Positions 13,691 to 26,927 of a stretch of 64,000 nt of DNA are shown here, piece by piece. Below the pieces are notes generated by a model. That model did not search any database and was not told the origin of the DNA. It saw only the letters and a list, made by a program, of their open reading frames with translations. The position numbers and the translations under genes were made by a program. Each line of letters starts with the position of its first letter. Position 1 is the first letter of the stretch. Source of the stretch: Eledone cirrhosa (lineage: Eukaryota); contig OZ024742.1 in the NCBI GenBank assembly GCA_964016885.1, positions 66,464,001 to 66,528,000 of the forward strand, written 5' to 3'.

Positions 13691-13884
13691 ACTCCTTCTC
13701 TGCTCTTTACTTCTGCTACGGTTTTTATTTTGGTGATTCTACGTTCTGTACTCTTGTATATTTACTTTTTTTTTCTCCCTTACCTCCCCTTATATTTTAC
13801 CTTTTCTTATGTCCCACCCTCCCCATATATTCTTTTTGCCTTGCCCTTCACATACCTATGTGTATGTGTATGTATATTTGTGTG

Positions 13885-13916
<32 letters not shown>

Positions 13917-14015
13917 TATATATATATATATGTATGTGTGTGTATGTGTATGTGTGTATATATATGTATATATTTGTGTGTGTATATGTATGTATATGTG
14001 GATAAACCAGGTTTT

Positions 14016-14075
14016 TTTCATTCTGAAGATTGAAGGAAACATTTTTTGCTTTTAAGAAACCACTGGTGAATGGAA
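14016..14075 (+). ncRNA. Hammerhead (family C), cleavage triplet mutated to GUG
   Basis: tttcatt CTGAAGA ... GAA ACCACTGGT G aatggaa. Confidence 0.75.
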
Positions 14076-14213
14076 TAATTGCCTTATGTTGCTTTATTAC
14101 TTTACTACTATATATACGTATATGTAAGGTTCATATGAATTATCTAAGACTGAGTTTTACACATACACACATGTATGTGTGTGTGTATGTGTATGCATAT
14201 GTATATATATATG

Positions 14214-14270
<57 letters not shown>

Positions 14271-14301
14271 GTGTGTATATGTATGCGTGTGTTTGTATAT
14301 A

Positions 14302-14341
<40 letters not shown>

Positions 14342-14438
14342 TATTTGGTTGTGCGTGTTTATGATATGTACGTATTTGCATGTGTATAATTGTTTAGCTA
14401 TGTATGTATATGTGTGTGTGTGTGCGTTTATAATTATG

Positions 14439-14529
<91 letters not shown>

Positions 14530-14979
14530 ATATAATTACATATACATATGTGTGTATATAATTTGTATACGTGTGCATGTTTGTGCATGTATGTGTATGT
14601 ATGTGTTTATGTATTTGTATATGTATATTTATGTGTGAGAGTGTGTGTATGTGTTTACGATTTCGTACGTATGTACACGTGCATTTGTGTGTATTACTTA
14701 CCACGCGTGTCTGTCCAGTTAGCTGCCTTATGTAACGGTGTCAACAATTTTTAATATATATATATTTTTTTCTTATATTTATTTGCGTGTGTGAATATGT
14801 AGAGGAGTGCATTTATGTATGTGTATGTATGTACGTATGTATATATGTATGATTGTGTGAATGTATGTATGTATATGTGTGTGTGTATGGCTATGTTTGT
14901 GTATCTGTATGCTTGTACACACATGTATATATATGTATGTGTATATGTGTATATATATATATATGTATATATATGTGTG

Positions 14980-15026
<47 letters not shown>

Positions 15027-15105
15027 ATGAATGTATGTATGTGTATATGTGTATATATGTGTATGTGTATATAAGTGTATGTTTTTATATATATGTGTAT
15101 GTGTA

Positions 15106-15168
<63 letters not shown>

Positions 15169-15313
15169 ATGTATGCTTTTCTGTTTTTGTGTGTGTGTTT
15201 GCATGTGTATTTTTTTTTTATTTTTCCTTTCCTTCTTCCTTCTCCAGCCTCACTTTCATATAGATTGCATTTTTGTTTTTTAAAATCCAAATTCAATAAA
15301 CAAACCAGGATTT

Positions 15314-15373
15314 TTTCATTCTGAGCATTGAAAGCAAAACCTTTTGCTTTTAAGAAACCACTGGTAAATGGAA
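15314..15373 (+). ncRNA. Hammerhead (family C), G8C core mutation
   Basis: tttcatt CTGAGCA ttgaaagcaaaa-cc-ttttgcttttaa GAA ACCACTGGT A aatggaa. Confidence 0.75.
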
Positions 15374-15654
15374 TAATTGCCTTATGTTGTTTATTACATA
15401 ATAATAATTAAGTTCTGTTGCCTACATAGAGCACTCTTTTTTCCTGGACTTTTCCGACGGAATTACTTCATTTACATATATATATATATAGATAGATAAA
15501 TATACACGGGTGTGTATGATTGTGTATAGAAGATTATATTAATAAAAGGAACACCAATTTTGTCTGATTTACTCGTTTTATTTACAATCCCCTAAAATGT
15601 ATAATGGTACTAGAATAATATAGTATGGTAGAATATTAAATGTTAAGTGTTAAT

Positions 15655-15693
15655 TGAACAAGTACTTTCATGCTTTTGGAATCTTCAGGTTCA
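15655..15693 (-). ncRNA. Minimal hammerhead (family E), left arm
   Basis: tgaac CTGAAGA ttccaaaagcat GAA AGTACT T gttca. Confidence 0.75.
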
Positions 15694-15766
15694 TAATGTG
15701 TGGTGACAGTCAAGTTTGCAATTTTCAACAGTTGAAAATTGCAAACTTGACTGTCACCACACATTA

Positions 15767-15805
15767 TTAACCTGAAGATTGCAAAAGCATGAAAGTACTT
15801 GTTCA
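15767..15805 (+). ncRNA. Minimal hammerhead (family E), right arm
   Basis: ttaac CTGAAGA t-tgc-aaaa-gca-t GAA AGTACT T gttca. Palindromic helix III, CUU site. Confidence 0.75.
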
Positions 15806-15942
15806 ATTAACACTTAACATTTAATATTCTACCATACTATATTATTCTAGTACCATTATACATTTTAAGGGATTGTAAATAAAACGAGTAAATCAGACAA
15901 AATTGGTGTTCCTTTTATTAATATATATATATATTATCTGTA

Positions 15943-16004
<62 letters not shown>

Positions 16005-16008
<4 letters not shown>

Positions 16009-16292
16009 CAAAGGGATGTTTAATTTGTGGTAACTCAACAAATATATATATTTATAACAGATTTGAAGCACTCGACAAGTTTTCTGGAGGACAATATCAA
16101 TGATATTATTAAATGGAAACTATATTTATAAAACTTGAACTGATAAGATCTCGTTCCTGGATATGTCAATATTTAAAAACAAACTTTGTATTTTATCTTA
16201 TGACAGCGTACCAAACTTTGGTACCCTTGAAATATATGTAATAGAATAAATATGGTTTTATAAATATAGTTTCCATTTATTAATATCATTGA
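16005..16292. mobile_element. Decayed family A pLTR pair in inverted orientation with degenerate HHR (16189-16248)
   Basis: Homologous to 33210-33410. Core decayed to CTTATGA; helix II gtacc/ggtac and GAAA retained. Confidence 0.6.
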
Positions 16293-16296
16293 CACA

Positions 16297-16345
<49 letters not shown>

Positions 16346-16367
16346 ATATATATATATATATATATAA

Positions 16368-17225
16368 CCAAAATTAAGTTAAATTAATGGTGTCATGTCA
16401 GATAGACATGCGCCATATCACCCGTAAATTATGCTCCAAGATTCCAATGAATAGATCCGAGCATTTTATATCAACTAGAAATTGATTGACATATAAATAT
16501 ATCTAAAATAAACATATGAAACAATCACAGGGGATAATTTGTAAAAGTGTGTAAGCACACACAGCTATGTAGGTAACTAAATAAAGTTTAACTAGAACTT
16601 CAAAAATAGATACCTTATAAATTGATTAATCTTCCTTGTATATATTCCATTAAAGAAATATATTTCACCAATTATTCGATTGGTAAACGACAGTAGCCAG
16701 ATCCTGGATTTTCAACAAGGAAGTGGACTAACTATCTGTGTTTACGCATCAAATTCAAATCAGCGACTGGCCAGTAACACGTGCTGTATTTACTAAAAAT
16801 ACACACATTGTACCAGCTTCGTCCCAGTGGCGTGAATAGGGTTATTGACAACTAGAAATAGCAGTCAAGTCCTTTCAACTGAGTTAGCTCTACATTTAAG
16901 GGGCCGTATTTACATATATCCAAAATTTAGTTAAATTAAGGGTGACATGTCGGATAGATATGCGCCATATCACCCGTAAACACAGATAGTTAGTCATCTT
17001 CCTTGTTGAAATCCAGGATCTGGCTACTGTCGTTTACCAATCGATTAATTGGTGAAATATATTTCTTTAATGGAATATATACAAGGAAGATTAATCAATT
17101 CATAAGGTATCTATTTTTGAAGTTCTAGTTAAACTTTATTTAGTTACCTACATAGCTGTGTGTGCTTACGTACTTTTACAAATCATCCCCTATGATTGTT
17201 TCATATGTTTATTTTAGATATAATT
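16368..17225. repeat. Compound inverted (about 16500-16746 / 16975-17222) and direct (16368-16428 / 16919-16980) repeat, probably PLE-derived
   Basis: Direct sequence comparison. Architecture resembles the other inverted pLTRs in the window. Confidence 0.8.
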
Positions 17226-17579
17226 ATTTCTAGTTGATATTTATATTTATATATATATGTTATATTTAGCAGTGGAAAATTGCTATCATTCGAATTTAAT
17301 ATTATATATTTTTAACAGCTGTCATAAACTGACATAGAGCTCTTCATGTTTTACTCAATCTAAATAGAAAACAAGAATATAAAGAAAATATCTATGATAC
17401 TGAAAAAAATATCATGCAAAAGATACAGAAGAAAAGATTCTGAAAATAGCCAACAGCCATTATATTTAATATTTAACATGTATTTTGAATGGTTTATACA
17501 ACCTCATTACAGCTGTCTGAGAATTAGTCTGAAAAATACACTTATTTTCTCTTAATAATGATTATTGACGATAAGGAAT

Positions 17580-17703
17580 GTCTTCTTCTTCTTCTTCTTC
17601 TTCTTCTTCTTCTTCTTCTTCTTCTTCTTCTTCTTCTTCTTCTTCTTCTTCTTCTTCTTCTTCTTCTTCTTCTTCTTCTTCTTCTTCTTCTTCTTCTTCT
17701 TCT
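17580..17703. repeat. (TCT)n microsatellite
   Basis: Pure trinucleotide run. Confidence 0.98.
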
Positions 17704-17879
17704 CATCAGTTTCAATGCGGATGCTGTGAAATACTAGATAGTGTATTTATGAGGAAATTTAGTTCCTTTCGGACATTCAACTATTGATTCATCTTGGAGG
17801 AATATTTCTCAGAATAGACACAACTACAGCATCTCCAGATATTCATAAATGTTGATCATGTGTCGTCAACGTTAGTGAG

Positions 17880-18810
17880 ATCTGTCTGACTCAGCTGCAA
17901 TCGTTGGTTAGGCGATGACTGAGAAATTGGGCCTAGGCGCTCACTGCCCTCTACCTGTCGGACAATGTGGTCAGTGGAAAATTCTTCTCTGGAATTCTAT
18001 ATAGGACTAGTGGTGGGTAGTCGACAAAATAAAACCGATCACTTAATTCCGGAGAATATTCGAGACGAGGACTATGGGATATTTCCAGAAATCTCTGGCT
18101 TCGCTGAGCTACCGGAGGCTCTGTCAATTCGAGATAAAGTCTACATGCAAGGAAGTGCAGTCAAACAGACCTCTCCGAGATGCACTTAGAACGACAAACT
18201 CTTCTGCACGCGCTCCTCCAGTGTCTCTGTATTACCAACTTGTGGAGTATTGCTGAATTTCTATAATCGCTCGTAGAACGGATGGCTACCGAATGAATCT
18301 ATTGTGAATATCGGCCCACCAACTTCATTTGTCGGGAATGGCAGGGAGTTATCTGCCTTGTGGCTGTAGGGAAATATGTTATGTGGTGGACGCGGCTGAC
18401 ATTACTGAGGTCAGACACGTTCCGCTTCGAGAAAGCCCTTATTAATATTTCAAGTTCCGTTGGAAAGGAAGTTAAAGGTGGTGAAGGAAACGCTACTCCC
18501 CTGTACATTTCTTAAACGATGGGTAAAAGTAGCGAGGATGGCCCGTATAAATGTGCCTACTTTGACCATGAAACTCTAAGCTGGCTTGTTTGGTGAGAAG
18601 AGCGGCACCCTCGTAGGGGATTAGGATCGTTTAAGATTAGTGTGGTTCCTACATCAGGAGTGGTGCTGCCCCATTTTTGGAAATTTTCTTTATTATAATT
18701 TTATTGCTATATGCTATGTTATCAATTTTACTCGATTTCATGTAAACATCCATTGTCCTTCTTTTTTCTACTGTCCTCAATGTGTCGTCCCTCGTGGCGA
18801 ATAAATAAAT
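17880..18810 (+). mobile_element. Decayed Tx1-clade LINE 3' fragment
   Basis: Remnants FYIGLV, FQKSLA, RDKVY, PRC homologous to 31640-32270. Ends in aataaataaat. Confidence 0.75.
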
Positions 18811-19032
18811 AATTATTATTAATATTATTCATATCAATGAAAGCAGATGTTGAAGAGTAAATAAATCAGAAATAGAGTCCAACATAAAGAAGTAGTAGAA
18901 AAGTAGAAATCAATGTGTCGTTTGTGCATTTAATTAACCTTTTGAAACTATTTTGATAATGCAGATTGCAGAGATGGACCAGATGTCTTGAAGCGGGTAA
19001 ATTTGTTATAATGATAATGGTGTCAAATTATT

Positions 19033-19086
<54 letters not shown>

Positions 19087-19396
19087 ATGTTAGCTGTATG
19101 ATGTGGGTTAGGTGGAGGTAACGGTGTTTATAGTGTGAGGGATAATGTTATTATTGTTCAATATACTATTTGAAATGAACCTGATACCACTTCTCACGAT
19201 GATGATTATGATAAACATATTTCAATTAAAATTATCAAGTAGTAAACTAATTAAGGTAGATGAAAACTGTTTGAAATGCGCGAAAAGTATAAAGTTTATT
19301 ACGGAGAGAGATTGAAACAGCAAATGATTATGAGAGTGAGAACTGAAGAGAGAAAAATAGGGTATGATAAAAAGAGAATATATACATACATACATG

Positions 19397-19475
<79 letters not shown>

Positions 19476-19594
19476 CGCTCGTTCTCTCTCGTCTGTCCTC
19501 TCCAACACAATCATTTGCGATTATAACTTCGATTTATACTTACCATAGTGTATATATATATATATATATATATATTTCCCTCTATTTCCCTCTG

Positions 19595-19702
<108 letters not shown>

Positions 19703-20955
19703 TAGATGGGGAGAGAGAGAATATTGATTCATTATCTATTTCCCACAATAGAGGCAGCAAACAGTTTTATGTCTGACTTGCAGACTTAACTTTCATTCTT
19801 TAAATAAAATGGTATTCTTGTTGTTATAGACGTTGTTGTTGATGAGGATTACTGGGGGGTAAAAGGGAGAGAGAGAGAGTGACGGTAAGAAACACAGAGA
19901 GATAAGCAGACAGTGTATTGTAGTAATAAATTAGTTATCTACAATGGAGTCGACAAATTGCTTGTTGTCTGGCAGAAGAAACTTACAATCATTATCGATA
20001 TATTTTTTCAAATGTTAACAAAAATTATCAAGATCATTTCTTCTTCTTTTTCTTCTTTTTCTTTTTCTTTTTCTTTTTCTTTTTCTTTCTCTTTTTCTTT
20101 TTCTTCTGTGTATAATTTATATATATATATATACACTCACAAATACATACACCTATATTTATAAGTATAGAGTCAGGTCGACAAATCTGAAATTTACGTA
20201 ATTATGACAACGTCAATACTTGTCACTTTCCACCTTATGTGATATATCGTAAAGAGTATATGGAGTAAAGCGTATTTCAGTGGGCTCTGATACATTTTAA
20301 CAGCTGAAAACATTCGATAGTTTTGAACGTTGCCACTTTGGGCCGTCTCTAAGGCGGCCAGTTATGGCCCCGTCATCAGAAGTTAGATCGATTCAATGCT
20401 TATTGTCAGAGCAATGACCAACTATCAGTACCGTTTCAGTTACGTACTCAGTCGGGAAAGAATGCCCTCTCTCCTCCCTTTGCTACATGCTGACACATAA
20501 ACATTACCGAAGAAGAACGATCTATTTGAGCGCATCCCACATGTACTGGGACGTAAATGTGACGCATCCGCATGTGTGAACGAGATCGCCCTAATGTATC
20601 GACCTCCACAAAAGAAAAAAATATACGAACTGGTTTGCCAAATATTAGAGCAGTACTAAAACCTGACGGGAGCAAATATTAACGCGAACAAGTCAATGGG
20701 TTGCAGCTTGGCATTTGGATAGGCAGGCCTGCACCGTTCAAGTGCGTCATGTTACGATGGACGTATGGAGCGATGATGGTACTCAGGATCTCATATGGTC
20801 ACGAGCTCGCGGCGAATAGGAACTTTGAAGATGTGAGGAGCAGGGTAATTGGGCAGAGGTGTATCTATTTGAGGCTGACGCCTCTGACAGGACCCACTTT
20901 AGAGGTGAATGAAGACCCTACCTCATCAAACCACCCATAGAGAATAATAATAATA

Positions 20956-21141
20956 ATTGTTTTTACTATTGGCACAAGGCCAGAAATTACCCTGTACATT
21001 ACTGGTACTTTATTTTATCGACCCCGTAAGGATGAAGGCAAAGATAAACCTCGGCGGGATTTGAACTCAGAATGGCAAGGGCCGTAACTCTATGCGTCAC
21101 AGGATGACGTCCGACCCTCTACCGATACTGCCAATCCACCG
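20956..21141 (-). mobile_element. tRNA-derived octopus-type SINE
   Basis: B box GAGTTCAAATCC and core gtcgataaaataaagtaccag. Flanked by duplicated agaataataataat. Confidence 0.85.
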
Positions 21142-21189
21142 GAGAATAATAATAATAATAAATGCAACCGTAATAATAATAATAATAAT

Positions 21190-21330
21190 GGAACACTTCA
21201 AAAGGCATACTTGCTGGGAGCAGCAAGAGTCCTCCGATACGTCCTGAATATCTGAGGCTGCAGGTAGCGGCTTGATGTTAATTTCAACAAACTTTCCATT
21301 TAAATAACATCAATGACAGAGACTCAGAGA
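21190..21330 (+). mobile_element. 3' tip of an R4/Dong-type LINE in (AAT)n
   Basis: Encodes GTLQKAYLLGAARVLRYVLNI*, resembling the LQKxxLLGTARILR C-terminus of R4/Dong elements. (AAT)n on both sides. Confidence 0.65.
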
Positions 21331-21338
21331 ATAATAAA

Positions 21339-21383
<45 letters not shown>

Positions 21384-21384
<1 letters not shown>

Positions 21385-24300
21385 CTTTCTTTATTAATCA
21401 CAAGGGTTTACATAAAGTAGACATTAAGGACAGTACAGGACAATACAGGTGGGTACAAATGGGCATTTCTGCGTGTAAAAAAACAGAGGATGTAATAAAA
21501 AATAACAATGAAAAATTCCCCAATAGGGGGGAGACTTCCGAGGGACATTTGTGGAGAAAGCCCATTAAAAGGACACAGTGGCCCTGGCCACCAGGGCAAG
21601 TACCCTCTCCCAGTTTTCCACCTTTAATTTACAGACACATACTCAGAGTAGGCCCATTCACTCGGGCCATACTTGCTTCTCTTACCCATCTTTCAACAAA
21701 ATACTGGGAAGAGAGCACTTCCCTCTCTACCCTGATTTTCCTTTACAAACGAAATTTGAAAAAGTTAATCAGGGCATCACCGAAGAGGTAAGTGCTCGTC
21801 TTCAGCCCTTTCAAACGTGTCCACCATACTATCTCTTTCGCCATGGCCACCAGACAGATAAAAACTGCCTGCCCTTCCCCGCTAAAGGAAGAGGGCGGGG
21901 CATCCTCACGATGGACTCAGTTGATAGCTGGATCCGTCCTACACGTGACAGCAGGTGTTCGACATAAACCCACAAGTCAGCAATGCTCGGACACTGGACG
22001 AGTGCGTGCAGGACGGTTTCGTCGCCCTGCGCGCATCTCGGACATGCCCGGCTGACGGCACCTCCATGCCTGTAGAGTTTATCCCGAACTGGCAAACCTC
22101 CTCGGTAGCACTGCCAGGCCAGGGATTTCTGGAAGTTGTCCATAGGCCCCGGCTCGAAAGTCCTTCCGAAGATATTGGCTAGTTGATTTTCGTCGACGCC
22201 TAGAGTTTCTCCAAGTACGTCGTTGCTCTTCCGCTCCACTAATCCAATATAGAACGCCAAGGTGGAGTTTCCAGTGATCACATTGCCCGATTGGTCGAGG
22301 GCTGTGAGCGCCTGAAGACATTCAAGTCTCCAAGCGCTCCCTCTCGGTCTTCGCTTGACTCAGGACTGCAGCTCCGTCAAGGAGATGAGCTGGGAAAAGA
22401 CGTGTCTAGCAAACGGCAACCACACCTGATCACCGTCGAGGAAGAGGTGGAGATGTCGTAGCCTGAGCGCGTGTCTGCGTATCATCAGCCACGGCATGCC
22501 CAGCCCACCACGTAGCGGGTGTTGACAGCAGATGGACCACCTGACCATCGGAGCGCATCGCTTCCACAAAATGCGAAAGAGCATACATCCAGCGCAGTCA
22601 GGCGGCGTTTAGGACAAGGTACGACGGTCAGGCGGTAGTAGATGACGGACGCGATGTACGCGTTAGCCACCTCCGCTCGACGTTTCAGGGATAGCTTCCT
22701 CTCCGCCCATTTCTGGGTGAGAGAAGCCACCCTGCTCGTCCCCTCGTCCCAGTTTTTGTCCGTCTGGAGGTCCGGACCAAACCAGACCCCTAGCAACTTA
22801 ACCGGTCCGTCCGTCCAGCGCCCGACGACGCTAGGGACGGCATGGACCTGCCTCTCCAGGTGTCGAGCTGCAGGCCCACTGACTTTTCCTGGTTGATCAT
22901 TGTTCCTGTCACCGCTTCGTATTCTCTTAGTGTAGTGTCGATCGCCTCGATGTGTTTGGCGTTCGACACCACTACGGTGACATCACCCGCATATGTTGAC
23001 ACGGATCTTCCGCATCCTATTTCGCGCGGGCCCCCTCAACGTCTCCAGTTTGTGCAGTAATGGCTCGAGAGTCAATACGTACAAGAGGGACGAGAGGGGA
23101 CATCCTTAGCGGACCGAGCGCATGATGTTGAACGGTTCCGAAAGGTGACCGTTCACTCTCACCACAGAGCAGATGTCGCTGTGCATGGCAGCGATCCAGC
23201 CTCTGAAGACGGGCCCAAAGCCAGCCGCCTTCAAGACTGCCGCTAGGAAACGAAGGTCGACGCTATCGAAAGCTTTCGACTGATCTAAATTGATCAAGGA
23301 CCCACCCGTGCCAAGTTCCCTAGCTACCCTCTCTACGATTTATCGCATGAGGTGGAGGTTGTCGTGGATGGATCTGACGGGAATGGCGCATGTCTGCGCC
23401 TTTTCCACCAGACCACCAACGACAAGCGCCAACCTCTTTTCTAGCACATTGGCCTAAATCTTGAACTCTGTGTTTAGCAGAGCTATGGGCCTGAAATTAT
23501 CTGTTATCCCCCTTGTTCGGATCCTTTCTCAGCAGTGCCACAGCTGCACGGCTCACAAAGCTGGGAATTCTCCCGTTCTGTTGCCAGTTGCAGTAGCCGT
23601 ACGCTAAGAGAACTCTGCACAAGTTGGGCATCTGTACGTAAAGTTCATAGGGCAGACCATCCAAAACAGGCGATTTACCCCTTGTGCAGCCAGTCATTGC
23701 CTCCCGTACTTCAGCGGCTGTCATCGGCTTTTCGCAACACTCCGCCTCAGTGGCCGAGATCCGGGGCAGTCGGTCGTGGTAGACACTAAAGTCCATCCCT
23801 CTATCCGGCCCACGGCTGCCCCCGAACAGCTGAGCGAAGTGTCGCTGAAAAGCTTCACACATTTATCCGAGATCGAGTAGCATGCGCCCGTCGTGGTCCA
23901 CCAAAGACCGGATCGTGGCTTTGTTGCCACGACGCGCCTCCGCCACTCGGGCCCATTGAACGGCTTTCATCCCCTCGTGTCTGAGAGCACGCATCCTAGC
24001 TCTGACAACGCAGCCTTCGTGCTTAGCATTGAAGAATTGGTCAAGGGCCAATTTCGCCGGAAGTACGTTGGTCGCGATGCCTCGTATAATTTTCTAACTC
24101 GTTCTCCCTCTGCTCTATTTTTCACTATAGTTAAAGCCTCACTAAACATAATGGACTCTATTCTAATCGCTCTTTTCAGAGCAAACCACCACTTCTTGTT
24201 GACGATGGCCCCATCAACGCCCGCTTACCTAGTTTTCTAATCCGGTCTCTGTAGGCCTTGCGCGCTGGTAAGGACGCGTTTAGCTTCCAGTAGCAGGGTC

Positions 24301-26229
24301 CTCGTCTATGAAGCCTATCTAAATCAAGCACATAGATCACGAATTTGTGGTCCGTGTAGTTGACTATCTTGAATTGTTGACAGCCTATGCTAGACCTATC
24401 TAATTCCCTACAAAATACTATATCTAGATATGATCTAAATGACACGATGCGGTTTGTCCAAGTCCACATTAGCACATTCGGGAAATGCAATCGTTATCTA
24501 TCAGACAGTTCGAAACGCCGGAGCAGGTTGGTGAGGCTCTTGCACCCTCCTCTCCTATCCGCTAATCCCACACAGTCCCAGCGTGCACCTAAGATTCCGT
24601 TCCAGTCGCCCACTAACACTAAAGAGCGGGACGTTCCAAGAAATGTCTCCAGACGCCGGAAGAATTCAGGCCGCCCTGCTCCTGTCGGGGCATAGACGGC
24701 CATAGACTTTTGTGGTGTTGCGGTTAATGATGGTGATGGTGTTGGTGTTTGTGGTGATGGGGTGGTGATGCTGGTGTGGATGGTGGCATATCTGTCCTAA
24801 CGTTTTTGTTTATTTGTTTCCCTCTGTATTTTGTTTTTGGACGGGGAAGGAAGAGGGTTTTTTTTCTTTTTTGGCTTCTTTTTCTTTTTCTGATACCGTT
24901 TCCCACCCCTCGTCGTCACAATCTGTCTCCAGTTGCGATAGATCAGGGAGTGGAAAATCTTCCACAGGCGTTGGTTTTGGTTGTGGCGTGGTTGATGGTG
25001 TCGGCGCTGGCGCTATTTCTGGCGCGTTGGGTGGTGGTGGTGTTGGTTTTGCTACTGTTGCTGGGGTTGTTTCTGCTACAGTTGCTTCTGTTGTTGCAGT
25101 TACAGTTGTTGCTGCCATTTCTGCTGCTGGTGGTGTTGATGGTTGGTTCACTGGGGTGGGTAAGAGAGGTGTCCTCAACTTTTTAGCCTGAGGGCAGAAA
25201 GCCCTTAGATGGGTTCTTTCACCACAAACGACACACCTAGGCCTTCTACTCTCGACGATTACGGTGAGGTGGCTGCTGTCAGTGAGGTCTATTACCTCTG
25301 GGATCTTCTCAATGCTTTTTGGTCCGCTTGGGTCAGGAGCTCCATCCCAGATCCGGACCAGTTCTCCTGCTTATTTCAATTATCTTGGTGTTGGACTCGA
25401 TGCTGGCGAGGACGGCAGCCATTAGCCAGGGAATTTCGATGGCCGGTGGAACGTGGATCACACTAATCTTCACGAGTCTCTGGCCACAATAGCTTGGGAC
25501 GAGTGTGAAGTCCTGTACCCATCTTTCTTTACCATTCTCTTGGCTTCATATAATTCCTCCTGAGTTACTTGGATTGCTTCGCATTGTTTGGCTGCTTTGG
25601 CAAACGGCGCGGTGGTGTTGATGTTTTTGTTGTTATTCTCATTGTTGTTGTTGCTGTTGTTGTTATTGTTATTTTTGTTATTGTTATTTGAAGTTTTAGT
25701 TGTGGTGGTGGTGGCGTCAGTGGTGTTCGGTGTGGAAGAGTCGATTCTGGGTGAATCCATTTCGATGTCACGAGATACTTTATTTTTTTCTTTTGTTTCT
25801 GTTGTCGCTGTCGTGTGGTGGGAGTGGCGGTTTCAAAACCTGCAGTCATTGGTAATGGCGCGAAATGAATGTCTGCCTGAGACAAATTTAAATTATTGCT
25901 ACTGCTTATATTTTTAGTGTTGGCAAACGTAGTAATATTTACAATGGTGGTGTTGGTGTGAGGTGTTAGTTTATGAGGAAGGCTCTCAGCTGCTTGGTGT
26001 AGCTGTGAATCGTCCATGACTTTTTCAAAGAAAACTTTTTTTGATAATTATAAAAGTTTAAATTTTGGGCTTAAGGCCCCAATCTTTTTCAGTGTCCTTT
26101 CCGAAAGCAAATTTTGTGGCCTTATAAACACTTAACAACAAACATTTTCCATAAATGTCAATTTGCAATAACTGAAAACAACAAACCTTTGCGGAGCCCA
26201 CAATGATACGATTTCCTACATAGGTCGCC
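21384..26229 (-). mobile_element. Tx1-clade LINE, near full length, degenerate
   Basis: ORF1 remnant with CVVCGERTHLRAFC knuckle. ORF2 pieces: APE (GDWN, YLD, YTDH), RT (LDQSKAFD, YAGD), C-terminal CPRC..ETVLHALVQC. Deletion at the ORF1/ORF2 junction near 24707. Confidence 0.92.
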
Positions 26230-26243
26230 AATAATAATAATAA

Positions 26244-26343
26244 TAATTGTTTCTACTTTAGGCACAAGGCCAGCAAATACCCAGTGCATTACTGGTACTT
26301 TATTTTATCGACCCCGTAAGGATGAAAGGCAAAGTCAGCCTCG
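26244..26343 (-). mobile_element. Truncated octopus-type SINE
   Basis: 3' half of the SINE consensus. Confidence 0.8.
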
Positions 26344-26625
26344 ATAATAATAATAATAAGGTGTAAATGTAGCGAGTGAAAGTGCCTACTATAAGAATGT
26401 TCCTGTTTGGTCGGAGAATGTAGAGGGATACGTTGGTCATGATGGGGATTTTGTATTCGTTTTGTGCCTAAAATACACGTTGAGGAATTCTTTTTTTATT
26501 AATTTTTCTTGTTACCTGGTTAATTTTTATTTTTCCGTTTACTCGATTTGTGTAAATCCCCAATGTATTTATTAATTTGTTTTGTATTTGTGATTTTGCC
26601 CTAGTGCCAATTATATATATATATA

Positions 26626-26680
<55 letters not shown>

Positions 26681-26927
26681 ATACCTATAATCCGAGCTGT
26701 CGTCTGTTCGATAGCGTAGACGTAATTCACTTCGCGTAGAAGTTTTGTTCCAATTTATTGCGGAAATTTTGTAAGTTTAATTTTAATTTTGATACTATTG
26801 TGTAGCTTGACTCCCCCCCCCGTCTGAACTGTCAGGCCGTGGGTCAGCTCATTTTAGCCCCTCCCAGGGGGTGAAAAACCTGTTTTTTTTAAATTTTGTT
26901 GCATAAAATTTCAATCGTCTGGGAGAA

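Larger units (their letters stand above)
11520..15400 (+). mobile_element. 5'-truncated Naiad-type Penelope-like element with long inverted 5' copy of its 3' region
   Basis: 11520-11810 and 12480-13006 are reverse complements of about 15120-15400 and 14565-15110. They flank a GIY-YIG ORF remnant and contain three family C HHRs. Confidence 0.8.
15535..15925. repeat. Near-perfect 391-bp palindrome (195-bp arms, 1-nt centre at 15730)
   Basis: Arms are reverse-complementary with only a few mismatches. Confidence 0.95.

Noticed and set aside
17578-17787. Poly-Ser ORF (also the poly-KI ORF at 57841-58074 and poly-Leu ORFs at 46-47 kb)
   Set aside because: Pure tri- or hexanucleotide repeats.
20336-20383. 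Minus-strand actt CTGATGA cggggcc..ggcc..GAGAC..aagt
   Set aside because: GAAA and NUH boxes are both broken; possibly a decayed HHR but not supportable as a feature.
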